Shown here one piece after another: positions 29,901 to 40,389 of a stretch of 64,000 bases of DNA. Each line of letters starts with the position of its first letter. Position 1 is the first letter of the stretch. The translations under genes and the position numbers were made by a program. The DNA comes from an uncultured virus (IMG/VR IMGVR_UViG_3300009194_000004) (Duplodnaviria; Heunggongvirae; Uroviricota; Caudoviricetes): positions 62,001 through 126,000 of IMG/VR virus record IMGVR_UViG_3300009194_000004; one strand, given 5' to 3'. A model generated the notes under the pieces. That model was not told the DNA's origin, made no database searches, and worked only from the letters and a program-made list of their open reading frames with translations.

Positions 29901-31547
29901 GTCGACGTGTTCGGTAACGCTAGGCAGTTGGAGGACGTCTTCGTACGCACCTTTGACCTTAATACCGGTTCCAGTGTCGCCTTTGTCGCCCTTATCGCCT
30001 TTGTCACCCTTATCGCCCTTGTCCCCTTTGGGACCTTCAAAGCGACCCACATCAACCCATTCATTGTTCATGAAGATGTACAGGTGATCTTGCACCACGT
30101 ATGCGGTGTACGGCGCTACGTCGGTGGGCAGTGGTTGCGCTTGCGGGTCAACGATGTAACCGGAGATCTCCAGACTGCGACCCATGGGACCCTGTGGACC
30201 CATGGGACCTTCCGGACCCCGCATTTTCTCGTTCCATTCCTCCACCGAGGTCACCAGACCCAGTTCAATGGCGGTTTCGTAGGAGTTCTTACCCTTCAGC
30301 GATTCGAGCCACGCTTCTTCGTTTTCAATCTCGTTACCGAAATCGAATTCTTTGGCGATCTCGTAAGCGCTCTTACCTTGCAGAGAGGCAATCCAGGCTT
30401 CCTCGTCCCCATCGAACAGGTAGTTGTTGATGGCAACCTCGTAGGCACTCAGCCCTTCCGGACCTTGTTCTCCGGGAATACCGCGTGGGCCTTGCAGGCC
30501 TTGCTCGCCCTGTGGACCGACGATCTCACCCAGGTCTTCAAACCGGTCACCGGTGAACACCCAAAGGTTTTTCTGGATGAAGTACGCATCACCCGGCTCG
30601 TTGTTACCTTGTGGGAGGTCCCCGTAAGAAACCACCTTCCCCAAAACTTTGATGGCGTTGGCGGGCTCGCCCTTATCGCCCCGCAGACCACGAGGGCCCT
30701 GCGGGCCTTCCGGACCCACCAGTGAGGCCAGGTAGTCCTCTTCAGTGCCCACAAAGCCATTTTCAACGGCCATCTCGTAAACGCTTTTACCTTGCAGCGA
30801 TACGAGGTAGTCTTCCATCGTCCAGTCGCTGGGGATGAGTTCGAACTCCCGAGCCAGTTGGTAAGCGCTCTGACCTTTGAGTCCTTCAAGGTACTGATTG
30901 ATTGTTGTACCTTCTTCGATTTGACCGGTCAATTTGGCCAAGTCGTAGGCACTCTTACCCGCAGGGCCGACTTGACCGACCTCGGCCCATTTCACGGTAT
31001 CCCAAACATACATCTTCCGATCGATGATGTACGCATGGCCACGTACGGGCTCAACAAAGTCCAGCATTTCCAGGCTCGGCAACGATCCCCGGATGTTGAT
31101 ACCGATGCCGTCAGACCCTTTCAGGCTTTCTTTCCATTCGTCGTACGTGCCGGTAAAACCGTCTCGGGTTACCGCCAGCTCATAGGCGTTCTTGCCACTT
31201 TCGCCTCGGAATGAACCCAGGTTTTCCCACCGTTCACCAATCAGCGTGTAGTAGTGAGTGTCAATGACGTACGTGTCACCTGTGGCGTGTTCCCAGGCTT
31301 CCGGGAGGTTGTCCGGTGTCGACAGTGTTCCGACAATCACGATGCCGCTGTCAATGAGCTGGTCAACGCCTTCAATACTACCGCCGCTACCGGACTTGAT
31401 GACGGACCCACCGGGGGTTTGACCGTCGTGAATACGCAGCTGTTTGAGCTCCGTATCAATGGTCACTTCCCCATCGTAACCAACGTAGCCGTCGTTATCG
31501 GCCGTTGTACCACGAGGGAAACGGTACCTTCTTTCTTGCTGTTGCAT
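26961..31547 (-). CDS. Large collagen-like tail fibre
   Basis: 1528 aa; N-terminal RGTT...GEVTIDT...IHDG.TPGG (Mtd-N-like) anchor; many Gly-X-Y runs; repeated G.SAYE and GDAY...WDG..W modules; C-terminal adaptor-like domain. Confidence 0.85.
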   Translation of the reverse strand: MQQQERRYRFPRGTTADNDGYVGYDGEVTIDTELKQLRIHDGQTPGGSVIKSGSGGSIEGVDQLIDSGIVIVGTLSTPDNLPEAWEHATGDTYVIDTHYYTLIGERWENLGSFRGESGKNAYELAVTRDGFTGTYDEWKESLKGSDGIGINIRGSLPSLEMLDFVEPVRGHAYIIDRKMYVWDTVKWAEVGQVGPAGKSAYDLAKLTGQIEEGTTINQYLEGLKGQSAYQLAREFELIPSDWTMEDYLVSLQGKSVYEMAVENGFVGTEEDYLASLVGPEGPQGPRGLRGDKGEPANAIKVLGKVVSYGDLPQGNNEPGDAYFIQKNLWVFTGDRFEDLGEIVGPQGEQGLQGPRGIPGEQGPEGLSAYEVAINNYLFDGDEEAWIASLQGKSAYEIAKEFDFGNEIENEEAWLESLKGKNSYETAIELGLVTSVEEWNEKMRGPEGPMGPQGPMGRSLEISGYIVDPQAQPLPTDVAPYTAYVVQDHLYIFMNNEWVDVGRFEGPKGDKGDKGDKGDKGDKGDTGTGIKVKGAYEDVLQLPSVTEHVDGDAFFVKRELYVKSEGAWKNVGEVKGEKGDKGDTGDQGLTGERGPRGADGQRGRNGRNGRNGRNGRYGRNGRTGRTGAMGAPGPRGFTGSPGASIKVKGSVPAVSFLSTEGNEPGDAYIIEEEFHVWDGVQWTNVGFLQGPRGVEGPRGLQGPQGPEGREGPQGRDGPQGIEGVQGPDGPQGPMGMSIYVLGRVSTIAALSAKSSPSLGDAYIVDGDDGNVWAWDGREWQDVGPVQGPPGPPGPIPTPRGVAVDTDYLFNQITDPKKGDFYTIDGEAWIHDGETFINVGQWTGPEGPQGPKGDKGDQGDPGEDGRNLVVLGEKGRPDELPLDATRGDFYIITGDMWGWDGARWVNYGPFRGPTGPAGPAGRDGVDGVDGVDGAQGPQGERGLQGATAASITVLGSQPTVGDLPIDGTQTQGDAYIVGDRFYVWNSTEWEDVGFLQGPQGIKGDQGPTGPTGPQGNTGPQGEQGPQGPEGPVGAEGQKGEKGDTAASISVLGSLDSTADLPTSGNAPGDAYIIGQSFWAWDGYQWSDVGFIQGPKGEQGDRGPQGPQGPMGPRGIQGPQGEQGVQGEQGIQGPMGISVHILSSLPSISDIPERQHRVGDAYIIEGRVYTYDGVTWIDLGQFEGKQGPRGPAGLSAYELALDNGFVGTYEDWVLSLKGEKGDTGVGLKFQRELGEAEELPTEGNEPGDIYRKGPKLFVYVDQAWKDMGIVQGPRGYEGPAGPEGPAGPKGDRGPMGTAWLSFERDPETLDGRRGDYAINTITNDYFLKADELLWVKLGRMGGGTVEEAPTSGGRYVRSEGKWVPFTEGITDAPETGEAYMRKNGTWSVYRPDVADVDSSQPHYRVKGAWKPMELTEAPADDQMYFRRNKKWVGFDRYTLANKSVDTAMDLSMAQTFTIAADRDKTLTFTNKPGANRTMTVVVTISGDQGIITWPQDVFFKDEVPPTLGTNFTVVVMYWTGSIWIGKLMEAI
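29672..29744 (-). repeat. Imperfect 9-bp coding tandem repeat (Gly-Arg-Asn)n
   Basis: ccattacga/ccgttacga/ccattacgg units encoding [25 protein letters not shown]. Confidence 0.7.
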
Positions 31548-31563
31548 GAGTCAGACTCCTGTG

Positions 31564-32064
31564 TTACTGACCTAGTTTACCGCCGTCCACGACGCCAAGC
31601 CATACTCGACCACCGCCGGTCTCGCCATTACCACCACCGGAGTCGGTTCCACCGAACATTTTGTCGTGGTTCTCCATGGTGATCACCGCCGCGATTCGTG
31701 CCACGTTGGCGTCCACCACGGTCGCGTCCCAGTGCGGTGTGACGTTACCGCTACGTGGAGTCATGATACCCCCACGGTGGACTGACCCCAATCCTGGAGA
31801 CACCGATTCAGTGGTTTCGTCTTCCAACATGGACAGGGCCAGTTCAAATTTGTTGGCTCCGGCATCGAGTACTGTCACGGCTTCCACCACCCAGACGTTA
31901 CCGCCCGGTTCGATTACCAAGTCGCCCACTTGCGCCGGGTTATCGGTGGCGTTTTGTTTACCGGGGTATTTAACGGTAACTTCAATGCCTTCCCATTGCT
32001 GGGTCTCGCTGTTGAACGATTGCTTCCCGTTAAAAGAAGCAATCTCTACACCCGCATTGATCAT
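31564..32064 (-). CDS. Hypothetical virion-associated protein
   Basis: 166 aa within the fibre operon; GAGG RBS. Confidence 0.75.
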   Translation of the reverse strand: MINAGVEIASFNGKQSFNSETQQWEGIEVTVKYPGKQNATDNPAQVGDLVIEPGGNVWVVEAVTVLDAGANKFELALSMLEDETTESVSPGLGSVHRGGIMTPRSGNVTPHWDATVVDANVARIAAVITMENHDKMFGGTDSGGGNGETGGGRVWLGVVDGGKLGQ

Positions 32065-32080
32065 GAGTCATCCCCTCGGG

Positions 32081-32764
32081 TTAAAACTGGATGGAAATGT
32101 CGAACTCTTCAAAGCTGGACACGTTGGTGATGATGACCGTGTTCGCATCCACAATCTGGATGTTCCGAGTGTTGGTCGGGATCATCCCGGTCATGGGGTC
32201 AGACTCACGGATGAACCCAAACCACCCTTTCGGGAATTTGTTCTGTCCGTGGTTGATCTGAAGGGAACTGTCGGAGTAGATCTTCTCCACAGTAACACCG
32301 TCCGGGAGGTTAAACTGACCGGCACTCCAACTCACTGCCTGAACCGTCACAAAGTTACTACCAGCTTCCCCTTTCTCACCTTTCGGGCCCTGTGGACCTT
32401 CCGGACCGGCCGGGCCAGTTGGGCCTTCCGGACCAGCTGGACCTACGTCCCCTTTGGGGCCCAGGGGACCAATCGGACCCTGCTCGCCCACATCGCCCTT
32501 GGGCCCACGCGGACCTTCCACGCCCTGCGGACCACGAGGACCGACGGGGCCTTCGGGTCCACGCAGACTGATGAGCCATTCTTCCAGTGTCCCTTCAAAC
32601 CCATTCGCCACCGCGATGTCGTACGCGGAGTCGCCCTCGTTCCCTTTTACGGACAGTTTGCCGATGGGGAATTTCTTATTCCGACCGTTCTGAACAACTT
32701 CCAACAACTCCTCACCCGAGAGCGGGAGTTCAATGGGGTCCATTTCGGAAATACGCTTAGCCAT
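32081..32764 (-). CDS. Short collagen-like fibre protein
   Basis: KRISEM N-terminus, [20 protein letters not shown] module, about 20 Gly-X-Y triplets. Confidence 0.85.
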   Translation of the reverse strand: MAKRISEMDPIELPLSGEELLEVVQNGRNKKFPIGKLSVKGNEGDSAYDIAVANGFEGTLEEWLISLRGPEGPVGPRGPQGVEGPRGPKGDVGEQGPIGPLGPKGDVGPAGPEGPTGPAGPEGPQGPKGEKGEAGSNFVTVQAVSWSAGQFNLPDGVTVEKIYSDSSLQINHGQNKFPKGWFGFIRESDPMTGMIPTNTRNIQIVDANTVIITNVSSFEEFDISIQF

Positions 32765-32891
32765 GGTATTTCTCCATTGTCAAACAAAATAAACCCAGAG
32801 CTAACGTAGGAGGCGATTGATTTGCCCATCCCACGTTAGCTCCAAGTATTTAAACGTCAGGTGTGTCCCGTTACCGAGACACGACTACCTG

Positions 32892-33887
32892 TTAAACCTG
32901 AGGGGAGTACAGGTACTGAACACGTACAGATTCGGTGTCCCACTGACCAGCGCTGTCGGCGTTCACAGTGAAGACCTTCGGATCGGCGGTTGCAACAACC
33001 GGCGCGTCCCAGGCCACACCGTTGGCGTCAGTGTAACGCACAGTGGCAAAGTTCATGATGCCGTTGACACCACCACGTGGTTGATGGGTCAGAGTGATGT
33101 CGTCACCTGCGATAACAACGGTTTCCATGAACGGAATCGCACCGCCAGCACGGGCAGCGGAATCAGCGTACGCTTTAACCGCAGCAACGGACGGAACCGC
33201 GTCGGTGGCATTGTTGCCAGCCAGGTCCTGGATCAGGTTGGCCTTGAAGACCGCGTCGTCCAGATCCACCGCACCAGTTACGCTGATGAAGTCAACCTTG
33301 GCCTTGGCAGCGTCAGTGAACGCGTTGGTGTCGTCGTTGGACTCGTACGCTGTCTTGAGACTGGCTGCTGTGAGGGAGTTCTCCAGCATGTCCTGGTCGG
33401 ACAGCTTGACCCACTCAGTCACCGCACCGGTGCCTTCGTCGATGGTCATCGGCTGGTACAGGGCCCACTTGCCATCGCCGTCGTCGGCTACCAGAACGCG
33501 GTCAACGTTTTCCAGACCGGTCAGAGCGTCACGGCCGGCAACGTCGGCAACGTTGTAGCTGCGACCGAAGTTCAGCTGCGCGTCGGAGATCGCAGTGCTG
33601 ACCTCGTCGCTGGACATCACTTCCAGGTTGGTACGGGCAGCGGCTTTGTCGGCAACGCTGGCCAGGTTGTCGGCTTTGGTCAGGGCGTCAGAAGACACCT
33701 GATCAGCCGCACCCTTCACTTCGTTGATCGCACCAACCAGGCTGGTTTTCTCAGCGGTGCTCAGGGTAGAGAGGTCACCGTCAGCGTTGGCACGTGCCGT
33801 GGCTTCGTCGGAGATGGCCTGGTTGATCTGGCCCAGGTCGTCCACAAGACCGTAAATCGTGGACTTATTACGCTTGATAATAGCCAT
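32892..33887 (-). CDS. Virion fibre/coiled-coil structural protein
   Basis: 331 aa; LSTAEKTSLVGAINEV and NLASVADKAAARTNL are phage fibre repeat motifs; AGGAG RBS. Confidence 0.8.
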   Translation of the reverse strand: MAIIKRNKSTIYGLVDDLGQINQAISDEATARANADGDLSTLSTAEKTSLVGAINEVKGAADQVSSDALTKADNLASVADKAAARTNLEVMSSDEVSTAISDAQLNFGRSYNVADVAGRDALTGLENVDRVLVADDGDGKWALYQPMTIDEGTGAVTEWVKLSDQDMLENSLTAASLKTAYESNDDTNAFTDAAKAKVDFISVTGAVDLDDAVFKANLIQDLAGNNATDAVPSVAAVKAYADSAARAGGAIPFMETVVIAGDDITLTHQPRGGVNGIMNFATVRYTDANGVAWDAPVVATADPKVFTVNADSAGQWDTESVRVQYLYSPQV

Positions 33888-33918
33888 GCTATTGCTCCTG
33901 AAATTTCAGAGATGTTGA

Positions 33919-34632
33919 TTAAGAACCGGTTAAGTAGGACACGGTGATGGCACCGACCATGCCGTTCAATTCGGCCATGTCTGCTGCCGGGATCACTGCA
34001 TACCATGTGGACGTTTCAGCGTCAAGTTGGGGCTTCACCCCCGACAATTCAACCACCGAACCGTCCATCAGATACGCCAGTCCCATGTCCAATACGAAAT
34101 CCCCCATGGGGGGTGAGGGTAATGGTGCTCGGCCATCGGGTGCCACGGGCAGCCATTGTGCGGTCCGTAAGACCGCGTTTCCACTCCCTCCACCGTCGGA
34201 CCGTGGTGCGTCCAACTGTTTCAGGTTTTGGTTCAGGATGTAGAAACTGAACGCATCGGTCATGTCCTGAACATCAGGGGACACCACCGGTAACAGACCC
34301 AAATGCTCACTGGGTCGGGAAACAACGCCTTCAGCACCAATCAGGTAATCCAGTTGCGGGTTGGCAATGTTGTTGTCGTTGGTGTCCATGTAGGAGATCG
34401 ACAACTCAATCTCCCCGGTCCAACTGACGTTCATCACTTCATTGATAACGTACTTGGTGTACGTCCCGGGCTCCAATATGCCGGTGTTCAGTACAATGAC
34501 ATCGCCGCTTAACAGGTCCCGGGGACGGAAGAACCCTTCCCCGTCCCGGAAACCAATCTGAACCACCCACGCCTCACCATCCGGGATTGCACTCTTCAGG
34601 TCAATGGTGGCCTGAAAATGTAGTTTCGACAT
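33919..34632 (-). CDS. Hypothetical virion-associated protein
   Basis: AAGGA RBS before ATG 34632; in the fibre operon. Confidence 0.75.
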   Translation of the reverse strand: MSKLHFQATIDLKSAIPDGEAWVVQIGFRDGEGFFRPRDLLSGDVIVLNTGILEPGTYTKYVINEVMNVSWTGEIELSISYMDTNDNNIANPQLDYLIGAEGVVSRPSEHLGLLPVVSPDVQDMTDAFSFYILNQNLKQLDAPRSDGGGSGNAVLRTAQWLPVAPDGRAPLPSPPMGDFVLDMGLAYLMDGSVVELSGVKPQLDAETSTWYAVIPAADMAELNGMVGAITVSYLTGS

Positions 34633-34695
34633 TTGACAATCCTTTTTATGTTGGGGTAGCGCCACAATGGAGCACTACCCCAATGGCGCTGGTGT

Positions 34696-36726
34696 TTACG
34701 ACAGCATGTACTTCCAGTGATAGCCGTAGTTGGAGTTAACGTTGGCTTTACCGACGTTAACGTACCCATCCACCACTTCGTAGTTCTGGTAAGTAGTAGG
34801 CTGCAGTGTCGGTGGGTTAGAACGCGAGAACTGCTGGAATGTCGGAATCACCATGTCGCCCATGAACGTATCGCCCCAGTTATCCGGGAACTGAAGGTTA
34901 AACGAGCTACCAGTGTTCCATCCTGCATCATAAAATATAGTCACAGAATGCAGGTGCAGGCCAGCGGCCTTGTTGTCCAACCGAACGATGCTGCCGTTGT
35001 TCAGTTCTTCGATGGTCAGTGCGTCCATGTCGGTCTGAGAACCGAAACCAACCACAATGACGATGGCTTCCAACGTGCCGCGCATCAACTTAGCCCGTTT
35101 GCGAACCAGGTTCACAGACCCACCGGTAGAACCACCACCGCCCGGGATGTCAATGGTCACTGCACCACCAGCTTCGGTGACGTTAACGCCTTCGCCGGTG
35201 AAGTTAAACGAAGCGGCGGCGTCTGTTACGGCGGTACCGTCTTCTTTAACCGCGACCGAACCGCCCGTGCCGGAACTGCCCTGCAGGGAATCCAGCCATT
35301 CCTGTTCGGTACCGGTGAAGCCATTAGCCACCGCCACTTCGTATGCCGAATCACCCTCAGGACCAGTCGGACCGGCAGGGCCTACGGGGCCTTGAGGACC
35401 TTCCGGGCCAGCCGGACCTTGAGGACCGTCGTTACCCTGAGGACCTGCGGGACCTTCGGGACCCTGAGTACCCTGGGGGCCTTCCGGACCGGCGGGACCG
35501 GCTGGCCCCATGGGACCTTGCTCACCGGTGTCACCTTTCGGCCCTTGGAGTGAACCACTATTGAACCAAGCAGAGCCGTCCCAGATCCACAGGTCAGTAC
35601 CAACAACATAACCTTGACCAGGATTCACGCCCGACATCGGCAATTCGGTGTCGCTGGCCAGTGTACCCAAGATCTGGATTGGATCACCCATCTCACCCTG
35701 GATGCCTTGGGGACCTTCAGGGCCCTGTGGGCCTTCCGGACCAGTCGGACCTGCAGGACCGGCCGGGCCGGTATCACCAACGTCACCCTTGTCACCCTTC
35801 GGACCTTGAGGCCCAGCGGGACCTGCGGGACCAATAGGACCTTCGGCACCGTCAGCGCCTTGAGGACCGGTGGGGCCCTGTGGACCCTGCGGACCTTCCG
35901 GCCCACGAATCGGACCGAGGTCTTCATACGCGTCACCGGTCCACCCCCAGAAGTTACCACCTACCAGATAGCCTTCGCCAAGGGTACCGGTTGAAGGCAG
36001 TTCGGCCGTGCTGGTCAGTGTACCAACCACGCTAATGCCCGGACCCATCTCACCTTGAATACCCTGTTCACCCTGAGGACCCTCAGGACCCATGGGGCCT
36101 TGGTCACCCTTGGGACCCTGTGGGCCGGTCGGGCCTGCAGGACCCTCGGGACCAGGGTCGCCCTTCGCGCCTTTGTCACCTTTCAGTGACGTCAGCCACT
36201 CGCTTTCAGTGCCAGTAAAACCAGCGGCCATGGCCGCTTCAAACGCAGATTGACCAGCGTCGCCTTGTGGGCCTTCCGGACCCATGGGACCCTGTTCACC
36301 GGGTGAACCTTGAGGGCCTTGAGGGCCTTCGGCACCATCCGCGCCCTTAGGACCCACAGGACCTTCGGGGCCCTGGTCGCCTTTCGGGCCTTGAATGCCC
36401 TGAGGACCGGCTTCGCCTTGAGGACCGACCAACGAGTCCATCCATTCTTGAACCGTTCCCTGGAAACCAGAGTCCTGTGCCATTTCATAAGCACTCTTAC
36501 CCTGGGGTCCTTTGAGCGACTGAATCCACTGTTCAAACGTGCCCTGGAAACCATCTTCCACGGCGAGATCGAACGCGGACTTACCTTCTTTCCCTTTCAG
36601 GTTAGCAACCGCCAGACGACGGTTCACGTAATTACCCGACGCGTCCTTCTGGATCACCTCGACGTAATCGTCAGCTTTGATCTGACCGGCAACGTTCAGG
36701 TCAGAAATCTTCTTTGGTGTAGACAT
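34696..36726 (-). CDS. Collagen-like tail fibre
   Basis: 676 aa; KKISDL N-terminus, long GPxGPx runs, SAY/F modules, globular C-terminal domain. Confidence 0.85.
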   Translation of the reverse strand: MSTPKKISDLNVAGQIKADDYVEVIQKDASGNYVNRRLAVANLKGKEGKSAFDLAVEDGFQGTFEQWIQSLKGPQGKSAYEMAQDSGFQGTVQEWMDSLVGPQGEAGPQGIQGPKGDQGPEGPVGPKGADGAEGPQGPQGSPGEQGPMGPEGPQGDAGQSAFEAAMAAGFTGTESEWLTSLKGDKGAKGDPGPEGPAGPTGPQGPKGDQGPMGPEGPQGEQGIQGEMGPGISVVGTLTSTAELPSTGTLGEGYLVGGNFWGWTGDAYEDLGPIRGPEGPQGPQGPTGPQGADGAEGPIGPAGPAGPQGPKGDKGDVGDTGPAGPAGPTGPEGPQGPEGPQGIQGEMGDPIQILGTLASDTELPMSGVNPGQGYVVGTDLWIWDGSAWFNSGSLQGPKGDTGEQGPMGPAGPAGPEGPQGTQGPEGPAGPQGNDGPQGPAGPEGPQGPVGPAGPTGPEGDSAYEVAVANGFTGTEQEWLDSLQGSSGTGGSVAVKEDGTAVTDAAASFNFTGEGVNVTEAGGAVTIDIPGGGGSTGGSVNLVRKRAKLMRGTLEAIVIVVGFGSQTDMDALTIEELNNGSIVRLDNKAAGLHLHSVTIFYDAGWNTGSSFNLQFPDNWGDTFMGDMVIPTFQQFSRSNPPTLQPTTYQNYEVVDGYVNVGKANVNSNYGYHWKYMLS

Positions 36727-36743
36727 AACACTTTCCTTACTGG

Positions 36744-37598
36744 TTAGCTAAGGGCAATGTCTTCGGCGTAGCGGTCGTACGCTTTGGCCATCTTGACATC
36801 GTATTGGTTCTTGGCATAGGCTGGGCCATTGTAGCCACGGGCAAACCGCGCCCAGTCCCGTTCACGCAATGCCGTCCATAGGTTACTGTCGGCCTTGATG
36901 AAGCGGATGAACGCCTGTAAGTGGAAACGCTCGTGATCGTACATCCCCGCCACGAACTCATGAACACTCTCGTAACCGAGGCGCTCCCAGTGGTAGCCCA
37001 TGATCTGGAATGCCCCCCAAGAGGCGGATTCCAACGCAGACTCCACGTGAATGAGCTTGGCGCGTCCCAGACGACCGTGTTCGGCGATACCACCTTTATA
37101 CCCACCGGTGGTGCGGGCTACCAGCGATGGCATCTCACGGTGGTATAGACGGGCGTCAATGCCATGCTCGCCCAAGCGGCGATACATGATGTGGCGTTCA
37201 AACAAAATGGCGGGTTGTCCATTGGAGAAAAAGCCACTGCCGCGTGATTCAACGCTGTTTACGGCCATCACCGACGCCACGGGAACGCCCAGTTCCTTGG
37301 CAGCTGCCTCCAGGTCCTTCTGGGTGAGGACACGACGCACAACAACTGGAACACCATCCATGACAGCGTAGGTCTTAGGACCAGCAATGCCATCCGCCAC
37401 CAGGCCGTGTTTCTTCTGGAACGCCATCACCGCATCGCGGGTTTTCTTACCGTAAATCCCGTCAGGATACAGGTCAGCGCCCAGAGTGTTCAACTGGGCT
37501 TGGAGAGCCTTAACTGCAGGCCCGTGATCCCCACGCTGGAGGACCTCATCGTAATCTGGATCGAAGTTTTGATCGATCAGGTCTTTGTAAATGGTCAT
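36744..37598 (-). CDS. Modular endolysin: peptidoglycan-binding domain + DUF3380-type N-acetylmuramidase
   Basis: L..GD.G..V..LQ...DGIYG..T..AV..FQ...[40 protein letters not shown]. Confidence 0.9.
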   Translation of the reverse strand: MTIYKDLIDQNFDPDYDEVLQRGDHGPAVKALQAQLNTLGADLYPDGIYGKKTRDAVMAFQKKHGLVADGIAGPKTYAVMDGVPVVVRRVLTQKDLEAAAKELGVPVASVMAVNSVESRGSGFFSNGQPAILFERHIMYRRLGEHGIDARLYHREMPSLVARTTGGYKGGIAEHGRLGRAKLIHVESALESASWGAFQIMGYHWERLGYESVHEFVAGMYDHERFHLQAFIRFIKADSNLWTALRERDWARFARGYNGPAYAKNQYDVKMAKAYDRYAEDIALS

Positions 37599-37653
37599 GG
37601 AAAAACCAAACTCCCTGTTACTGCAAATGGTGGAGTATTGGGTTGGATTCGGA

Positions 37654-38031
37654 TTACCCAAAGTTTCTCAGTTTCTTGCCCAACTCCTTGAACGTACCAT
37701 ACACACTGGTTGCCGCACCCATCAAAACCCGTTGCCAGGTTGGGATGTTACAATGCAGCAGAGTCTGGCGGAAGACAGCGTTGGAGTGTTTCCAACTGTA
37801 GCCTTTTACCAGCAGGTAGTCGTGTGCCATGGCGGCTGGGAAATACCGTCCCACCGGTGGGAAAGCCCACCGCAGGAAAATAGGCACGGTGGCCCCATCA
37901 GTCACAAACCCAGCGGGGATGGTTACATCGCCCACGGTGATTTTACGAATCACACGGTAACGTGCTTGACGGTACCAACGGGTCGGGAGCATGATGTCCA
38001 CACGGTAATTGTCACGTGGTTCAATCTGCAT
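37654..38031 (-). CDS. DUF1353 family protein
   Basis: IPAGFVTDGATVP and AAMAHDYL motifs. Confidence 0.8.
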   Translation of the reverse strand: MQIEPRDNYRVDIMLPTRWYRQARYRVIRKITVGDVTIPAGFVTDGATVPIFLRWAFPPVGRYFPAAMAHDYLLVKGYSWKHSNAVFRQTLLHCNIPTWQRVLMGAATSVYGTFKELGKKLRNFG

Positions 38032-38046
38032 GGAATGTCCTACCTG

Positions 38047-38580
38047 TTACTTGACTTCCAGCAGACGGTAGTCGCCGGTTTCAACCAGACGTGAGGAACC
38101 ATCTTCCAGAATGCGGATGTTCATGGGACGGTCGGTGGATTCCACGTAAACCGGAACGGAACCGTACCAGACCAATGAGTCTTCTTTGGCCGCCATGGTG
38201 TAGTTGAGGGGTTGACCCGGCTCGCCCATCGGCTCGTCGTTCATCTCAACGTCGTCCAGACCCAGGTTCATGTCACGAACCCGGTTGATTTCCTCAACGA
38301 TGCGACGGGATGTAACTGGCGAATCCAGCTTGATCGTAATGCCGCCTTTGAACGTGATGTTCAAATCCAAACGGCGGTAAACATAATGCCGTTCCAGATT
38401 CAGGTCGGTTTGCTCTACCTTAACAAAGGTTCGACCAGGGTTGGTTTCGGTCGGCGACGCGAAAGGTGGGTCAAAATGAGTATATTCTTCCTTCAGGTTA
38501 AAGCGCGGGTGCGTCTCTTGAATGAGACGAATCATCGCCAACCTGGAAGGCAGGTTATAGGGAAAAACGTCAGTAGCCAT
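38047..38580 (-). CDS. Virion structural protein (paralog family)
   Basis: YVYRRLDL, SLVWYG; C-terminal RILEDGSSRLVE. Confidence 0.75.
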   Translation of the reverse strand: MATDVFPYNLPSRLAMIRLIQETHPRFNLKEEYTHFDPPFASPTETNPGRTFVKVEQTDLNLERHYVYRRLDLNITFKGGITIKLDSPVTSRRIVEEINRVRDMNLGLDDVEMNDEPMGEPGQPLNYTMAAKEDSLVWYGSVPVYVESTDRPMNIRILEDGSSRLVETGDYRLLEVK

Positions 38581-38651
38581 TTTAGTATCCTCGTTGTCAA
38601 TAGATAATTACTGAGGTGACAACCCATAGCATAATATTTTTTCGGGGAGTA

Positions 38652-38693
38652 ACGGCATAAAGCCCACCATCCCTTACGGACAGTGGGCTTTAT
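38652..38693. terminator. Terminator-like dispersed palindrome
   Basis: ACGGCATAAAGCCCAC...GTGGGCTTTAT. Confidence 0.7.
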
Positions 38694-38706
38694 ATTTCAG
38701 TGGTCA

Positions 38707-39039
38707 TCAACGGAACAGAGAGAAAACACTGTACCCGGTCAATTCGAGTAAGGTTAGTAACATAACCCCAACACCAATCAAACCGGAGAGTGTCAGCACC
38801 GCCGATCGGTACGTATCACTGTTTCGTACGGACCCAACCGGCTTCTGCAAGATTTTCTCCTGCAGCTCAGTGTCGTTGATCTGGTAAATGTCAGCCAGTA
38901 GTTCCTGACCTGTGTGATTCACCGTGTACGTTTTATCGGTGGGTACCAAGGCATTGAGCATGGCTCGGAGTACTTTGGAGTAATCACTTTTGTGTAACGG
39001 CTGATCACCCAGATCAATCAAGGCTTCTTCGACGTTCAT
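38707..39039 (-). CDS. Small membrane protein next to the spanins (holin/lysis-accessory candidate)
   Basis: AAGGAG RBS; C-terminal hydrophobic helix. Confidence 0.6.
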   Translation of the reverse strand: MNVEEALIDLGDQPLHKSDYSKVLRAMLNALVPTDKTYTVNHTGQELLADIYQINDTELQEKILQKPVGSVRNSDTYRSAVLTLSGLIGVGVMLLTLLELTGYSVFSLFR

Positions 39040-39373
39040 CGTACTTCTCCTTTGTCTGGGCATTCATATCGACCCATTTTCGCAACTGCTTCATCTGACG
39101 ATTGCAGTTACCAATGGCATCCAATTCTTCGATGGTGTAATCCGTTAAGACCAGGAACCGAGCTTCCCAGATGTCAGTCACCCCAGGGAACTGGTCCCGT
39201 GGGTCACGCAACTCCTCCATGGTGGGAGGTTTTGGGACGTAGCAGTCATTGGTCAGAGACGGCGGTGGCGCAAGAGGCGTCGGTGGGCTTGGCTCGACAG
39301 TAAGCGAGCTGCATGCTGTCAACCAGATGCTGGAGACCAGCAAGATCATCAGGCGGAGACTCTTGAGGCACAT
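39014..39373 (-). CDS. o-spanin (Rz1-like lipoprotein)
   Basis: Signal peptide with LTAC lipobox; Pro-rich; overlaps the i-spanin 3' end. Confidence 0.8.
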   Translation of the reverse strand: MCLKSLRLMILLVSSIWLTACSSLTVEPSPPTPLAPPPSLTNDCYVPKPPTMEELRDPRDQFPGVTDIWEARFLVLTDYTIEELDAIGNCNRQMKQLRKWVDMNAQTKEKYDERRRSLD

Positions 39374-39806
39374 GGTTTGTTTCCTTAACCGGGGTTGGTT
39401 TGGGGGTAGGTTTTGGCTCAACGGTAATCTCAGTTTCCGGTTCCGGTTGGGGTTCCGGCTTAGACTCGGGTTCTGGCTCGGGAGGTAATTTAACGTTCTT
39501 GAGTTTCAAGTAACGATCCAACACCTGCTCCCGTTGTTCGTACTGTTCCCGAATCGACGACACCTGGTCGTTCATGAACTCGTAGTTAATGGCCCGATCA
39601 ATCTCGATGGTTTCTTCTAGTTGATCTTCGTTGTGCTGTCCTTGTTTCATCACCACTTTGGCTTCGGCCAGGTCTCCTTTTAGGGACCCGACCTGTTGAT
39701 ACAGGAAATAACACACACCAATGGTAGTTAGTAACAGTCCGATGAACAACCATTCGAACCACTGCAAACCGATCTTACTGAACAGGCCTTTGATTACTGA
39801 AAACAT
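39246..39806 (-). CDS. i-spanin (Rz-like)
   Basis: N-terminal TM helix, coiled coil, Pro/Glu linker, C-terminal Cys pair. Confidence 0.75.
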   Translation of the reverse strand: MFSVIKGLFSKIGLQWFEWLFIGLLLTTIGVCYFLYQQVGSLKGDLAEAKVVMKQGQHNEDQLEETIEIDRAINYEFMNDQVSSIREQYEQREQVLDRYLKLKNVKLPPEPEPESKPEPQPEPETEITVEPKPTPKPTPVKETNHVPQESPPDDLAGLQHLVDSMQLAYCRAKPTDASCATAVSDQ

Positions 39807-39816
39807 TGCACATTCC

Positions 39817-40380
39817 TTATACCAGCACTAACATGTAGTACAGGGCAACTGCAATCGCATCCACACTGTGTTCGTCCAATGATTCCAAATCCACACCCCA
39901 CGACAAGTCGGTCCTATCGCGCAACGCACGCCGAACCTCTTCCTTGTCAGACATAAACCCTTTGCGGACCCCCACGGTCTTCTTCACCGTGGTCGGGTCA
40001 ACCTGGACCAATGGCATTGTGGGATCGTAGTTGAATAACGTTTGGCGGATATTCAACACACATTCCGTCAACGCCCCAAACGACTGAGCGAACTTGCCCA
40101 TGAACGGGGATTCGGCAACGACGGCGTGTGGTTGGACATTGTAGAAAATGGAGTGGAGTTCGTCGGCCTGTTGGTAAAACCGAGAGATACGACTGCCGTG
40201 AGTTTCGGTGATGGACTGGTATCCCAATAGCCGATCGTTGGCTTGCAGGGTGAACGCCATGTCGACGTGGAACTTCTGCGATACCATGTCCCAATGGACA
40301 CCGGCGACTCCGAGAGTAACGGTGCCGGGGTCAATCCCCAACACCTTCAGAGGCGTCGTGTTCGGTGGCATTACCAACAT
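39817..40380 (-). CDS. ruvC: RuvC-like Holliday junction resolvase
   Basis: VLGIDPG, AESPF, PTTVKKTVG and DEHSVDAIAVA catalytic motifs. Confidence 0.85.
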   Translation of the reverse strand: MLVMPPNTTPLKVLGIDPGTVTLGVAGVHWDMVSQKFHVDMAFTLQANDRLLGYQSITETHGSRISRFYQQADELHSIFYNVQPHAVVAESPFMGKFAQSFGALTECVLNIRQTLFNYDPTMPLVQVDPTTVKKTVGVRKGFMSDKEEVRRALRDRTDLSWGVDLESLDEHSVDAIAVALYYMLVLV

Positions 40381-40389
40381 AACGCCTCC

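Noticed and set aside
27999..30725. 908-aa + strand ORF opposite the collagen fibre, and similar ORFs at 31661, 32817 and 34717
   Set aside because: Antisense of repetitive GC-rich genes; no protein-like motifs or RBS
31380..31547. Mtd-N-like domain suggesting a diversity-generating retroelement
   Set aside because: No reverse transcriptase and no template/variable repeat pair seen in this window; the domain is a common fibre anchor
34696..36726. Repetitive DNA resembling a CRISPR array or satellite
   Set aside because: Repeats are 9-nt periodic Gly-X-Y codons in an open frame, with no identical repeats separated by unique spacers
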